The notes under the pieces are model-generated. The model did no database searches and was not told the origin of the DNA. It was given only the letters and a program-made list of their open reading frames with translations. A stretch of DNA of 64,000 bases from Hypanus sabinus (lineage: Eukaryota). The stretch is taken from NCBI RefSeq assembly GCF_030144855.1, contig NC_082717.1, positions 5,518,001 to 5,582,000 of the forward strand. Direction: 5' to 3'. Numbering within the stretch: the first letter of the stretch is position 1; each line of letters starts with the position of its first letter. This document shows, in pieces, positions 49,297-63,420 of the stretch. The translations under genes were made by a program, and so were the position numbers.

Positions 49297-50872
49297 TTAA
49301 TGCTGGACCAGAAAACATTTCTGGTAGAGTGCTCAGAGGATGTGCAGACCTGCTAGCAGATGATCTCATTGACATCTTCAACATCTCCCTGAGCAGCACC
49401 ACCATTCCAACATGCTTCAAGGACGCCACCATTGTCTCCGTGCCAAAGAAGTCTTCATTGTCCTGCCTAAATGACTACTGTCCCGTTGCACTCACCCATC
49501 ATGAAGTGTTTTGAGAGGCTCATCATGAGGCATATCAAGACCTTGCTGTCCCCCTCACTAGTCCCCCTGCAGTTTGCGTACTGTCCCAATCACTCAACAG
49601 ACGATGCTATTTTCATCACCCTCCACCTGACCCTAAACAACCTGGACAAAAAAGACATGTATGTTCAAATGCTGTTCATAGACTTCAGTTCAGCATTCAA
49701 CACAATCATCCCTCAGAAACTGATTGGAAAGCTGAGCCTACTGGGCCTGAACACCTCCCTCTGCAACTGGATCCTAGACTTCCTGACTGGGAGACCTCAG
49801 TCAGTCTGGATCGGGAGCAGCATCTCCAACACCATCACACTGAGCACGGGGGCCCACCAGGGCTGTGTGCTCAGTCCACTGCTGTTCACTCTGTTGACCC
49901 ATGACTGTGCTCTAACACACAGCTTGAACCACATCATCAAGTTCGCCGATGACACGTCTGTGGTGGGTCTCATCAGTAAGAACAACGAGTCAGCTTACAG
50001 AGAGGAGGTGCAGCAGCTAACGGACTGGTGCAGAGCCAACAACCTGTCTCTTAATGTGAACAAAACAAAAGAAATGGTTGTTGACTTCAGGAGGGCACGG
50101 AGCGACCACTCCCCGCTGAACATTGACGTCTCCTCAGTAGAGATCATTAAGAGCACCAAATTTCTTGGTGTTCACCTGGTGGAGAATCTCACCTGGTCCC
50201 TCAACACCAGCTCCATAGCAACGAAAGCCCAGCAGCGTCTATACTTTCTGTGAAGGCTGAGGAAAGTCCATCTCCCACCACCCATCCTCATCACAATTTA
50301 CAGTGGTTGTATTGAGAGTATCCTGAGTAGCTACATCACTGCCTGGTTCGGAAATTGCACCATCTCGGATTGCAAGACCCTGCAGCGGATAGTGAGGTCA
50401 GCTGAAAAGATCATCGGGGTCTCTCTTCCCACCATCACAGATATTTACACTACACACTGCATCCGCAAAGCTAACAGCGTTATGAAGGACCACACGCACC
50501 CATATAAACTCTTCTCCCTCCTGCCGTCTGGGAAAAGGCACCAAAGCATTCAGGCTCTCACAACCAGACTATGTAACAGTTTCTTCCCCCAAGCTATCAG
50601 ACTCCTCAATACCCAGACCCTGGACTGACACCTTACTGCCCTATTGTCTTATTTATTATTTATTGTAATGCCTGCACTGTTTTGTGCACTTTATGCAGTC
50701 CTGGGTAGGTCTATAGTCTAGTGTAGTTTTCTTCTGTGTTGTCTTTTACATAGTTCAGTCTAGTTTTTGTATTGTGTCATGTAACACCATGGTTCTGAAA
50801 AAACATCTCATTTTTACTATGTACTGTACCAGCAGTTACGGTCAAAATGACAATTAAAGTGACTTGACTTGA
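49297..50872 (+). mobile_element. Rex1/Babar LINE, 5'-truncated
   Basis: ORF 49471-50253 with DFSSAFNTI...[10 protein letters not shown]...KFADDT, and an (acttg)n tail after attaaa. Inserted into CR1. Confidence 0.88.
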
Positions 50873-53800
50873 AATCTGTGCACTCCCTCTAAAGATTCCA
50901 CATCTTTCCAATAATGATATTTCCAGAACGGAACACAATATTCCAAGTGCGGTCTCACCAGGATGTGATAGAGCTGTAATATTGCCTCACGCCCCTTGGA
51001 CAAAATCCTCTGGCTAACGAAGGCCAAAACAACATAAACCTTCCAATTAACTTGTATGGCAACTTTGACGAATCCATGGTCGTGGAACCACACTGCTAAG
51101 AATCTAATATTAACCCTGTCCACTGCCTTCAAGTCTGACCTTCCAAATTGTATCATTTCACACTTTTCCACGTTGAACTCCATCTGCCACTTCTCAGCCC
51201 AGCTCTGAAACATGCCAATGTTTGGTTGTAACCTACAAAATCCTTCTACACTCTCCACAACACCACCAATCCTCAAGTGATCTGCAAACCTACTAATCAT
51301 CAGGGAAACCAGTTCTGTGAAAGTTCACTGCACTACCTCCATAGCAACTATCTCCTTTGTTAGTTAAGGATGCCACAAGATTCTGCAATAGGCAGTGAGT
51401 TATCCAGTACACATCCTCCCCCCACCCAACTCTTCTTTGTTCTCTTAAACATTCTACAATCTGGCATGTTTTTCTCATCATTTTCTCAATCTGACCTGCC
51501 ACATATACACCCAAATCTCTCTCTTTCCTGCATCCTATTTAGATCTGTGTTTTTGAAATGTATTATTTCTTCCTAATCTTCCTAACCTCTGCAGATTTTT
51601 CTGATCCTGTTCTGTGGCCTGTCCATACCAGGTGCAGATGCAACTAGTTAGAATGCTCTCCACGATACACCTGTAGAAATTTGGGAGAGTCTTTGGTGAC
51701 TTACTAAGTCTCCTGAAACTGCTAATTAAATACAGCCACTGCCATGTCTTCTTTGTAATTACGTCAATATGTTGGTCCCAGGATAGATCCTGAGAGATTT
51801 TGAGAACCAGAAACTTGAAACTGTTCATTCTTTCCACTGCCGATCTCTCAAAGAGGACTGTAGGTGTTGCCTCAACATCTGATTCCTAAAATTCACAATT
51901 AATTCCATTGTCTCATTGACATTCAGTTGTTGTTGCAAAACCACACAACAACCTGATCTATCCCGTTTCTGTACGTCACGTTGTCACCAACTGAGATTCT
52001 CCCGACAATTGTTGTGGCATCAGCAAACTTAGAGATGGCATTTCAGCTGTGAATAGCCATACATTCATGGGTGTAGACAGAGTAGGATAGTTTGCAAAGC
52101 ATGCATCATTGAAATGGCACAACTACGGACTCTGCTTCAGGGTCCACAGGTGGGCTGTGCAGCAAATTCAGAAATTCCATTTGGGAACATACACATGTCA
52201 GCTAATTACTGTTTCATTATTGCGATATGTAACTTCCTTCACTTGTCAAGACTTGAGCAAAGCACAGCAACATGTTGCTGTCTGCTTGTATTTGACCTTG
52301 CCTGAGAAAGTGGACAATCAAGTTGACTAACGCTGGAGACTAGCAGTACTCCATTTACATTTCGATTTTCCGTTCAGCTTCTGTGTTGACATCTTGTGTT
52401 TGTTTGAGTGTGTCAGCTAACAGCCCTGTTTGCTCAGGCATTTATTGTTTTTTTTTCCCCTTAAAATCCAGATTTACATTAATGTCTGTGAACTATCGAC
52501 CCACTTCAGTGTCTCTCTCTCTCTGCAGTTGGGCTACATTTAAACTCAGTGATATGACATGCACCAGTGTGGATTCCCAGCGAGGAGGAGATGTAGTTTC
52601 CAATCCGCATTGACTGTAGTCTCCTGGTGAAGATGTCAAGGACACAGTTTCAGACAGAGGAACAGAGACCCAGGTTTTGGAAACTGATGGTGTTGAACAC
52701 TGTGCTTTAATAAATAAAGATCAGCCTAACATCGATTTTCCAATTGTCCAGGAGTGTAGATGTTACTTGAACTTGATTCTCCTTTGAATGAATTTGGAGG
52801 ATATTGTGGACACAGCATCTTTCCAAAGTTGCCAGAATTCTCATTCACAATTCCCTATTGTCACATGACAAGGTGGAGTGAAAACCCATGTTGTGTATGC
52901 CACCCGTACAGATCATCTCACCACATCAGAACCTCGAAGTAGTGTGAGGGAAAAGCAATGACAGAATGGAGAACACAGAGTCAGAGTGACAGAGAATGGG
53001 CAGTGCAGGCAGGTAACAAAATGCATGGTCATGGCGAGGACAACAGTCCATCCCACCACACAAGCAGTGAATTCAACCGATCTGGAATAGTCCTTGAGCC
53101 TGGTGGCCCATGGCATTGCCTAACACTCTGTAATTGTGCTCGGTATACCCAGCACAAAATCACAAATTTATGAAGTCAGCATCAAATTTATCAAACACAT
53201 AGTCCATGTGTACACGGGGGCAATGACAAATTACTTGTAGCAGCATCTCAGGTACAGAGCATCAGATAAACAGCATTCACAAGAAACACAAACATAAATA
53301 CACTAAATCAAATCAAACATTGCTTTTGCATTCTTCACCGCTGATTCAGCCTGCAAGTTAACCACTAGGGAATCCTGCACTAGGATTTCCAAGTCTCTTT
53401 GCAACTCTGATTTCTGAATTTGCTCCCCTTTTATTCCTTTTACAGAAATGTGATAACCACACACTTCCCCACACTGTTTTCCATCTGCCACTTGTTTGTC
53501 CATTCTCCCAATCTGACCAAGTCTTTCTGCAGACTCCTTGTTTCCCAGCACTGCCTGTTCCTCCACCTATCTTTCTATCACCCACTTCTCATTACTACCA
53601 TCAAGGACAGGAGCCTGAAAATGCACACAAATGTTTTAGAAACACTCCTTCCCCTCTCCCATCAGATTTTTGAACAGTCCATGCAAGCATGAACACGATC
53701 TCATTATTCCTCTTTCAAGTGACCTATTAATTACTATTTTGTGAAAAAATAATTTTTGTACATTGCACTGTACTGCTACCACAGATAAACAAATTTCACT

Positions 53801-54128
53801 ACACACGTCAATGAATTTTGTTTCTGATTCAGATCTCAATTAGCCCAGCTCCCGTTCAGTTCTATATGAGCTGTGAGGTGAGCTCAGAGGGGTGGAAACT
53901 GGAAAAAAGAAGGGGATTCACTCCAGTGAGGATGGACACACCCCAAGAATGTCATCACTTAGCAGATATTCTAGAAACACTTGTGTTCCATACAGAACAT
54001 TTCAATTACAGGATTCACACAGAATGCAGGACTCACACCACAGCTCAAACCAACTCAGATTTTGTGACAGATATTCCAACACCACAGAAACACACAGGTA
54101 CACAGGACCCAAATGGGTGTTGTCTACA

Positions 54129-56693
54129 GGCGACCAAACAGTAGCATGGATATTGGGTGCAAGTTGAATAGGGAGTTAACATTGGCATGTGGCAAAGGTA
54201 ATGTTGCAGTAGTTATGGGGGATTTCAACATGCAGGTGAACTAGGAGAATCAGGGTGGTGCTGGACCACAGGATAGGGAGTTTGTAGAGAGTGCTTACGG
54301 GATGCATTCTTGGAACAGCTTGTACGAGAGCCAACCAGGGACAAGGCTATCCTGGATTTAGTGTTATGTAATGAACAGGATTTGATAGGCGATCTTGAAG
54401 TAAAGGAGCCATTAGGAGGTAGTGATCATAATATGATAAGTTTTTATCTGCAATTTGAGAAGGACAAGGGCAGATCAGAGGTGTCAGTGTTGCAGTTGAA
54501 CAGGGGAAACTATGGAGCCATGAGGGAGGAGCTGGCCAAAGTTGACTGGACGGATATCCTAGCAGAAAAGACAGTGGAACAGCAATGGCAGGTATTCTTG
54601 GGAATAATGCACAAGGTGCAAAATCAGTTCATCCCCCGGGAGATGGAAGGATTCAAAAGGGGGAAAGGGGCCACAGTGATTGACAAAGGAAGTCAGAGAT
54701 TGCATAGCATTAAAAAAAAGGAAGTATGACAGAGCGAAGGTGAGTGGGAAGACAGATGATTGGGAAATTTTTAAGGAACAACAGAACTTAAATAAAAAGG
54801 CAATACGGGGAGAAAAAATGAGGCACGAACACAAGCTAGCCAGGAATATAAAGGAGGGTAGCAAAAGTTTTTTTAGGTATGTGAAGAGGAAGAAGATAGT
54901 TAAGAACAATGTTGGGCCTTTGAAGAATGAATTGGGTGAAATTGTTATGGGAAACAGAGAAATGGCAGAAGAATTTAATAAGTACTTTAGATCTGTCTTC
55001 ACTAGGGAAGACACAAGCAATCTCCCAGATGTATGTATGGGCCAAGGACATAGGGTAACAGAGGAAATGAAACAGATTGACATTAGGAGGGAAACGGTGA
55101 TGAATAGGCTGATAGAACTGAAGGCTGACAAATCCCCAGGTTCAGATGGTCTGCATCCGAGGGTACTAACGGAGGTGGCCCTGGAAATTGCGGATGCATT
55201 GGTCATCATTTTCCAATGTTCCTTAGATTCAGGATCAGTTCCTGAGGATTGGAGAATGGCTAATGTTATCCCACTTTTTAAGAAAGGAGGGAGGGAGAAA
55301 ACAGAGAACTATTGACCTGTCAGCCTGACATCTGTGGTGGGGAAGATGCTAGAGTCCATTATTAAAGATGAAATAGTGGCATATCTAGATGGCAGTGGGC
55401 CAAGCCAGCATGGATTTACCAAGGGTAAATCATGCTTGACTAATCTATTGGAGTTTTTCGAGGATGTAACCAGGAAGTTAGGCAAGGGAGATCCAGTATA
55501 TGTAGTGTACCTTGATTTTCAGAAGGCATTTGATAAGGTCCCACATAGGAGATTGGTGGGTAAAATCAGAGCTCATGGCATCGGGGCGAAGACATTGACA
55601 TGGATAGAAAACTAGTTGGCAGCTAGAAAGCAAAGGGTAATGGTGAATGGGTGTTTCTCGGAATGGCAGGTGGTGACTAGTGAGGTGCCACAGGACTCGG
55701 TATTGGGACCACAGCTGTTTACGATTTATGTCAACGATTTAGATGAAGGCATTGAGAATAACATCAGTGAATTTGTTGATGATCCTAAGCTGGGTGGCAG
55801 TGTGACAGGTGATAAGGATGTTAGGAGAATTCAGAGTGACTTGGATAGGCTGGGTGAGTGGGCAGAAACTTGGCAGATGATGTTTAATGTGAATAAGTGT
55901 GAGGTTATCCACTTTGGGAGTAAGAACAGGAAGGCAGATTATTATCTGAACGGTGTAGTTAGGTAAGGGAGAAATACAGAGATATCTAGGAGTCCTTTTC
56001 ATCAGTCACTGAAGATGAATGAGCAAGTGCAGCAGGCAGTGAAGAAGGCTAATCGAATGTTGGCCTTTATTACAAAGGGAATTGAGTATGAGAGCAAGGA
56101 AATCCTCTTGCATTTGTACAGAGCCCTGGTGAGACCACACCTGGAGTATTGTGTACAGTTTTGGTCTCCAGGGTTAAGGAAGGACATCCTGGCTGTAGAG
56201 GAAGTACAGCGTAGATTCACGAGGTTAATTCCTGGGATGTCTGGACTGTCTTATGCAGAGAGGATAGAGAGACTGGGCCTGTACACGCTGGAATTAAGGA
56301 GATTGAGAGGGGATCTGATTGAAACATATAGGATTATTAAGGGATTGGACAAGATAGAGGCAGGAAATATGTTCCAGAAGCTGGGAGAGTCCAGTACTAG
56401 AGGGCATGGTTTCAGAATAAGGGGTAGGTCATTTAGGACAGAGTTAAGGAAAAACGTCTTCTCCCAGAGAGTAGTGGGGGTCTGGAATGCACTGCCTTGG
56501 AAGGTAGTGGAGGCCAATTCTCTGGATGCTTTGAAGAAGGAGCTAGATAGGTATCTTATGGATAGGGGAATCAAGGGATATGGGGACAAGGCAGGAACTG
56601 GTTTTTGATAGTAGATGATCAGCCATGATCTCAAAATGGCAGTGTAGGCTCGAAGGGTCGAATGGTCTACTTCTGCATGTATTGTCTATTGTC
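54129..56693 (+). mobile_element. Relatively young 5'-truncated CR1 (endonuclease to RT)
   Basis: ORF2 is split into five consecutive ORFs (54310-56608) with complete RT motifs. Possible TSD ttgtctaca at 54120-54128 and 56694-56702. Confidence 0.88.
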
Positions 56694-57039
56694 TTGTCTA
56701 CACACACACAGAAACACACAGGTACATACCAACAGAAACACACAGGTATGCACCCACAGAGACACATGTTTTTCACAATTTGCAGATTGTGTGGAAAACT
56801 AACTGTACCACAGTTAGTTCCTAGCCTACTCTACTTCCTTCTTGCCACAATTATCCTGTGGACAGAAAGAGGAAGCAGAGTGATAATATCTTTACCTCAT
56901 CCTGTTGAATATTATTACACTACTTAAGTTAATTACTTCCCACAAACATGTTATGCCTGAGAGAACTCAAGCTCTCAAGCAGAGGGTAGAAGCCAGCAGA
57001 GCTCGTAATCTGTTTTGCTGTTAAAAAATGGTAGAAGTA

Positions 57040-57560
57040 TTTTTCACTATTTCTCTGAGGGTTTTAGGAAGTGAAGGGAACCAAACCTGCTCATAGCCAT
57101 CCTTGGAGCAACAAGCTCCTTATCTTCAGCCAGTAAGTGTGAAAATGTGGCTGTATTGTTTGAAATGGTGATTACTAAGAAGTTGATCTTGCAAATGTGG
57201 AAAATGGACTCTGTGCCTACATACGATCTGTGGCTGAGAGAACTAGCAAATACTTTACATTTGGAGAGACTGAGACTATGTATTGAGGACAGAGGGGACA
57301 TCTTTGAAAGGATATGGGGCCCTGTATTGGACTTTCTTACAGGGTGAGGACTGAGGTTTTTTGATGTGGTGTGCCTCAGCTGTGTAAGTTTATTTTTTGC
57401 CTTTATTTTTTTTCTCTCTTTTGCTGCTTAATATTTAATTTGATTTTGCTATGGTTGTTGTTTTTGTGGTTTTGCTGTATTTTGTTCCGTTAGTTTTATT
57501 GTTAGTTTTTTCCAAGTTTGTTCACATAAAACAATTAAATATACAATAAAAAATTATTGC
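57040..57560 (+). mobile_element. L1/Tx1-like 3' fragment
   Basis: KKLILQMWK...LWLRELANTLHLERLR...FERIWGP, followed by a T-rich UTR and aataaa. Confidence 0.65.
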
Positions 57561-59223
57561 AGGCTCTACCGAAGAGGCTATTGTGAGAGTGGCTCTACTC
57601 CTTTTCAAAGTGCTGAGGCTTCAGCTGTGGTGATTCAGACAATTTATTGTCCCTCTCAACCCCATCCTCCTGTTTTAAAAGTTGGGAGAGAATTGCCCAG
57701 TGATAGGTGAAACCTGGAAGGGGAGGCATGAAGTAAAGAGCTGGGAAGTAACTAGCCTGCTGAGTTCCTCTAGCATTGTGTGTGCTTTTCTTGGATGGTA
57801 CTGTATGTTGCCTCCTGTGTGTAAGGATCCGGGACATCTCAGATGGAGTCCTCAGCGTTCTTAAGCGGGAAGTTGTGGTCCATATACATGGGTCAGAAGA
57901 GTGGTGAGGTTATGCAAAGGGATTTCAGGGAGTTAGGTGCTAAGTTAATAAGCAGGACCTTTGTGATCACAGGATTGCTACTTGTGCAATGTGCTAGTGA
58001 GGTCAGATTAGAAAGATTATAGAGTTTAACACATGGCTAGTGATTTGGCATAGGAGGAAGGGCATAAGAATTGTGAATCATTGAGCCCTCTTCCAGGGAA
58101 GGTAGAGCCTGTACCGAAGAGTTGGGTTGTACCTGAGCTGGAAGCAGACTAATACCCCGATGGGAAGCTTTGCTGCTTGAGGCAAAGGAGGTGTGGGTAT
58201 TGTAGTAGAGTTGCAGGGGGATGGGAACCAGAGTGCCAGACCAGCTAGTGGAGTTTGTAGAGACAGATCTTGGTAAGATCTTAAAGTCTAGGGCTCAGCA
58301 TGGTGCAACTAATGTTCTAGGCTGCATAAATTTCAATGCAAAAAGTATCATAGGAAAGGCAGATGAGTTTAGGACATAGCTTACACCTGGAACTATGATA
58401 TTGTAGCCATTAGTAAGAATTGGTGCAGGAGGACATAACTGGCAGCTCAGTACTATGGGGCTCCATTTTCTAGACGTGACAGAGCGGGAGGGCTTAAAGG
58501 AGGAAGTTTGGTGTACTACTACTACCACCACGTCAACTCAAGCCTAGGGGGGCTGGCATTCATGTTACTAGTCAAGCAAAAATGTCACAGCAGTGCTCAG
58601 ACAGGACAGATTGGAGAACTCACGTAGAACTCATGTTATGGGTGGAACTGAGATATAAGAAAAGCATGACCATGTAAATGGGCTATATTACAGTCCACAG
58701 AACAGCCAACTGGAATCAGAGCAATGAATTTTCAGAGGGATCACAGACTGCTGCAAGAAACATAAGGCTGTTATAGCAGATGATTTTAATTTTTCAAATA
58801 TTGACTGGGAATCCAACACTGTAAAAAGACGAGATGGGATGGAGTTTGCCAAATGTGTTCAGGAAAGTTTCCTTCATCAGTACATAGAAGTCCCAATGAG
58901 AGAGTGTGCGATACTTGACCAGCTATTAGGGAATGAGACAGGGCAGGTGACAGAAGTTTATGTAGGGGAACTCTTTGTATCTAGTAATCACGATGCTATT
59001 AGTTTCAAAGTATATATGCAAAAAAATAGATCAGGTCTGTGGGTTGAGATTGTAAATTGGATTGAGGTGAATTTTGATGATATCAGAAATGACCTGGAAT
59101 GGGACAGGCTGTTTTCTGGCAATAGTGTGCTTGGTAAGTCGGAGGCCTATAAAAGTGAAATTTTGAGAGTACAAAGCTTGTATGTGCCTTTCAGAATAAA
59201 AGGTAAAGAGAACGAGAGTTGTG

Positions 59224-62200
59224 AACATAGAACATAGAATAGTAGAGCGCATTACAGGCCCTTCAGACCACAATGTTATGCCGACCATCAAACCCTGCCT
59301 CCCATATAACCCCCCACCTTAAATTCCTCCATACACCTGTCTAGTAGTCTCTTAACTTTCACTAGTGTATCTGCCTCCACCACTGACTCAGGCAGTGCAT
59401 TCCACTCACCAACCACTCTCTGAGTGAAAAACCTTCCTCTAATACCCCCCTTGAACTTCCCTCCCCTTACCTTAAAGCCAAGTCCTCTTGTACCGAGCAG
59501 TGGTCAGTGGGGAAGAGGTGCTGGCTGTCCACTCTGTCTATTACTCTTAATATCTTGTACACCTCTATGATGTCTCTTCTCATCCTCCTTCTCTCCAAAG
59601 AGTAAAGCCCTAGCTCCTTTAATCTCTGATCATAATCCATACTCTCTAAACCAGGCAGCATGCTGGTAAATCTCCTCTGTACCCTTTCCAATGCTTCCAC
59701 ATCCTTCTTATAGTGAGGCGACCAGAACTGGACACTGTACTCCAAGTGTGGCCTAACTAGAGTTGTATAGAGCTGCATCATTACATCGCGCCTCTTAAAC
59801 TCTATCCCTCGACTTATGAAAGCGAACTCCCCATAAGGTTTCTTAACTACCCTATCTACCTGTGAGGCAACTTTCAGGGATCTGTGGACATGTACCCCCA
59901 GATCTCTCCGCCCCTCCACACTCCCAAGTATCCTGCCATGTACTTTGTACTCTGCCTTGGAGTTTGTCCTTCCAAAGTGTACCACCTCACACTTCTGCAG
60001 GTTGAACTCCATCTGCCACTTCTCAGCCCACTTCTGCATCCTATCAATGTCTCACTACAATCCTTGACAATCCTCCACACTATCCACAACTCCACCAACT
60101 TTTGTGTCATCCACAAACTTGCCAATCCACCCTTCTACCCCCATATCCAGGTCGTTAATAAAAATCACAAAAAGTAGAGGTCCCAGAACAGATCCTTATG
60201 GGACACCACTAGTCACAACCCTCCAATCTGAATGTACTCCCTCCACCACGACCCTCTGCCTTCTGCAGACAAGCCAGTTCTGAATCCACCTGGCCAAACT
60301 TCCCTGGATCCCATGCCTTCTGCCTTTCTGAACAAGCCTACCATGTGGAACCTTGTCAAATGCCTTACTAAAATCCAGGTAGATCACATCCACTGCACTA
60401 CCCTCATCTATATGCCTGGTCACCTCCTCAAAGAAATCTATCAGGCTTGTTAGGCATGATCTGCCCTTCACAAAGCCATGCTGACTGTCCCTGATCAGAC
60501 CATGATTCTCTAAATGCCCATCGATCCTATCTCTAAGAATCTTTTCCAACAGCTTTCCCACCACAGACGTAAGGCTCACTGGACTGTAATTACCTGGACT
60601 ATCCCTACTAACTTCTTTGAACAAGGGGACAACATTTGCCTCCCTCCAATCCTCCGGTACCATTCCCATGGACAATGAGGACATAAAGATCCTAGTCAGA
60701 GGTTCTGCAATTTCTTCCTTTGCCTCGTGGAGCAGCCTGGGGAATCTTCCGTCAGGCCCTGGGGGCTTATCCATCCTAATGTATTTTAACAACTCCAACA
60801 CCTCCTCTCCCTTAATATCAACTTGCTCCAGAACATCAACCTCACTCATATTGTCCTCACCATCATCAAGTTCCCTCTCAGTGGTGAATACTGAAGAGAA
60901 GTATTCATTGAGGACCTCGCTCACTTCCACAGCCTCCAGGCACATCTTCCCACTTTTATCTCTAATCGGTCCTACCTTCACCCCTGTCATTCTTTTGTTC
61001 TTCACATAATTGAAGAATGCCTTGGGGTTTTCCTTTACCTTATTCGCCAAGGCCTTCTCATGCCCCCTTCTTCTTCTTCTCAGCCCCTTCTTAAGCTCCT
61101 TTCTTGCTACCCTATATTCCTCAATAGACCCATCTGATCCTTGCTTCCTAAACCTCATGTATGCTGCCTTCTTCTACCTGACTAGATTTTCCACTTCACT
61201 TGTCACCCATGGTTCCCTCACCCTACAATTCTTTATCTTCCTCACCAGGACAAATTTATCCCTAACATCCTGCAAGAGATCCTTAAACATTGACCGCTTG
61301 TCCATAATACATTTCCCTGCAAAAACATCATCCCAATTCACACCCGCAAGTTCTAGCCTTATAGCCTCATAATTTGCCCTTCCCCAATTAAAAATTTTCC
61401 TGTCCTCTCTGATTCTATCTTTTTCCATGATAATGCTAAAGGTCAGGGAGTGGTGATCACTGTCCCCCAGATGCTCACCCACTGAGAGTTCTGTGACCTG
61501 ACCCAGTTCATTACCTAATACTAGATCTAGTATGGCATTCCCCCTAGTCAGCCTGTCAACATACTGTGAAAGGAATCCATCCTGGACACACTTAACAAAC
61601 TCTGTCCCATCTAAACCTTTGGAACTAATCAAGTGCCAATCAATATTAGGGAAGTTAAAGTCACCCATGATAACAACCCTGTTATTTTTGCACCTTTCCA
61701 AAATCTGCCTCCCAATCTGTTCCTCGGTATCTCTGCTGTTACTGGGGGCCTATAGAATACCCCCAGTAGTGTAACTGCTCCCTTCCTGTTCCTGACTTCC
61801 ACCCATACTGACTCAAAAGAGGATCCTACTATGTTACCTACTCTTTCTGCAGCTGTAATAGTATCCCTGACCAGTAATGCCACCCCACTCTATCCCTCTT
61901 AAAGCACTGAAATCCAGGAATATTGAGAATCCATTCTTGCCCTGGTGCCAGCCAAGTCTCCGTAATGGCCTGTACATCATAATTCCATGTATGTATCCAA
62001 GCTCTCAGTTCATCACCTTTCTTCCTGATGCTTCTTGCATTGAAGTACACACACTTTAGCCCTTCTACCTTACTACCTTTATACCCTTTATTCTGCTGCT
62101 CTTTCCTCAAAGCCTCTCTACATGTTAGATCTGGCTTTACTCCATGCACTTTTTTCACTGCTCTATTGCTCCAGGTCCCATCCCCCTTGCAAATTAGTTT

Positions 62201-63420
62201 AAACCCTCCCGAACCATGCTAGCAAACATACCAGCAAGGATATTGCTCCCCCTCGAGTTCAGGTGCAACGCATCGAATCTGTACAGGTCCCACCTTCCCC
62301 AGAAGAGATTCCAATGGTCCAAAAATCTAAAACCCTGCCCCCTGCACCAACTCCTCAACCACACATTCAACTGCCATCTCCTCCAATTCTTACCATCACT
62401 ATCATGTAGCACTGGCAGCAATCCTGAGAACGCCACCCTTGAGGTCCTGTTCTTCAGCCTTCTGCCTAGTTCCTGAAGCTCACACTTCAGGACCTCATCC
62501 TTCTTCCTGCCTATGTCATTGGTCCCAACATGTATCATGACTTCTGGTTGCTTTCCCTCTCGTACCAAGATGCCATGCACCCGGTCAGAGACATCCTGGA
62601 CCCTAGCACCTGGGAGGCAACAAACCATGTGGGTTTCCTTCTCACGTTCACAAAATCTCCTGTCTGCTCCCCTGACTATAGAGTCTCCAATGATGACAGC
62701 TCTCCTCTTCTCCGTCCCATCCTTCTGTACACAGGGTCAGACTCTGTACCAGAGACTCTGCCACCATGGCTCACACCTGGTCAGTCATCCTCACCTACGG
62801 TATCCAGGACGGTAAACTTATTATTCAGGGGAATGGCTACAGGGGTGCTCTGCACTACCTGTCTACTCTCCTTCGCTTTCCCCCCTCGGACTGTCACCCA
62901 ACAACCTGCTTCCGGCAGCCTAGGTGTGACTACCTCTCTGTAGCTCTCATCTATGACTGCCTCATTCTCCCTTATGAGTCGAAGGTCACCCAGCTGCTGC
63001 TCCAGATTCCTCACACGGTCTTCCAGATTGCCTAGCCACATGCACTTCTGGCAGATGTGACTCTGCAGGAAAGGGGAGTTCCCCCAAGACTGCCACATCT
63101 CACAGGAGATGTGAGACATCACCATCTCAGCAGGCATTGTAAAGACCAACTGGGAACAAGCTCGTCCTCCGCCTCTTCTCATCGAAGCATCTCGAGTCAA
63201 AGCCTCAAATCTCCACTCTTTCACTGGCTGCTTTCCACGGGCCACTCCGTTTGAGGTAATCCTCTATTTCTTTGTTTGAGCTTTTCAAACTTCTTGGTCA
63301 CCTGACCTCAATTGCCCAATCAGCTGCTTTCTGCTGAGTCTGAGCTATTCAAATCTTGATTGTCTAATCACCAGCTTGCTGCTGAGCTTTTCAAATATTA
63401 ATTGACTTGATTGCACAGTC
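59224..63420 (-). mobile_element. Near-full-length CR1 LINE (ORF1 Cys-rich/coiled-coil plus SGNH esterase; ORF2 APE plus RT), frameshifted
   Basis: ORFs 62781-63245, 62194-62628, 61838-62158, 61174-61701, 60196-61158 and 59467-60039 lie in the expected order, with a (ttctatg)n tail. The 5' boundary is approximate. Confidence 0.9.

Noticed and set aside
56625-56927. ORF with a hydrophobic stretch VPSLLYFLLATIILW
   Set aside because: The stretch is short for a TM helix, is phase 2 after the acceptor, starts in a CR1 tail, and has no linked exons.
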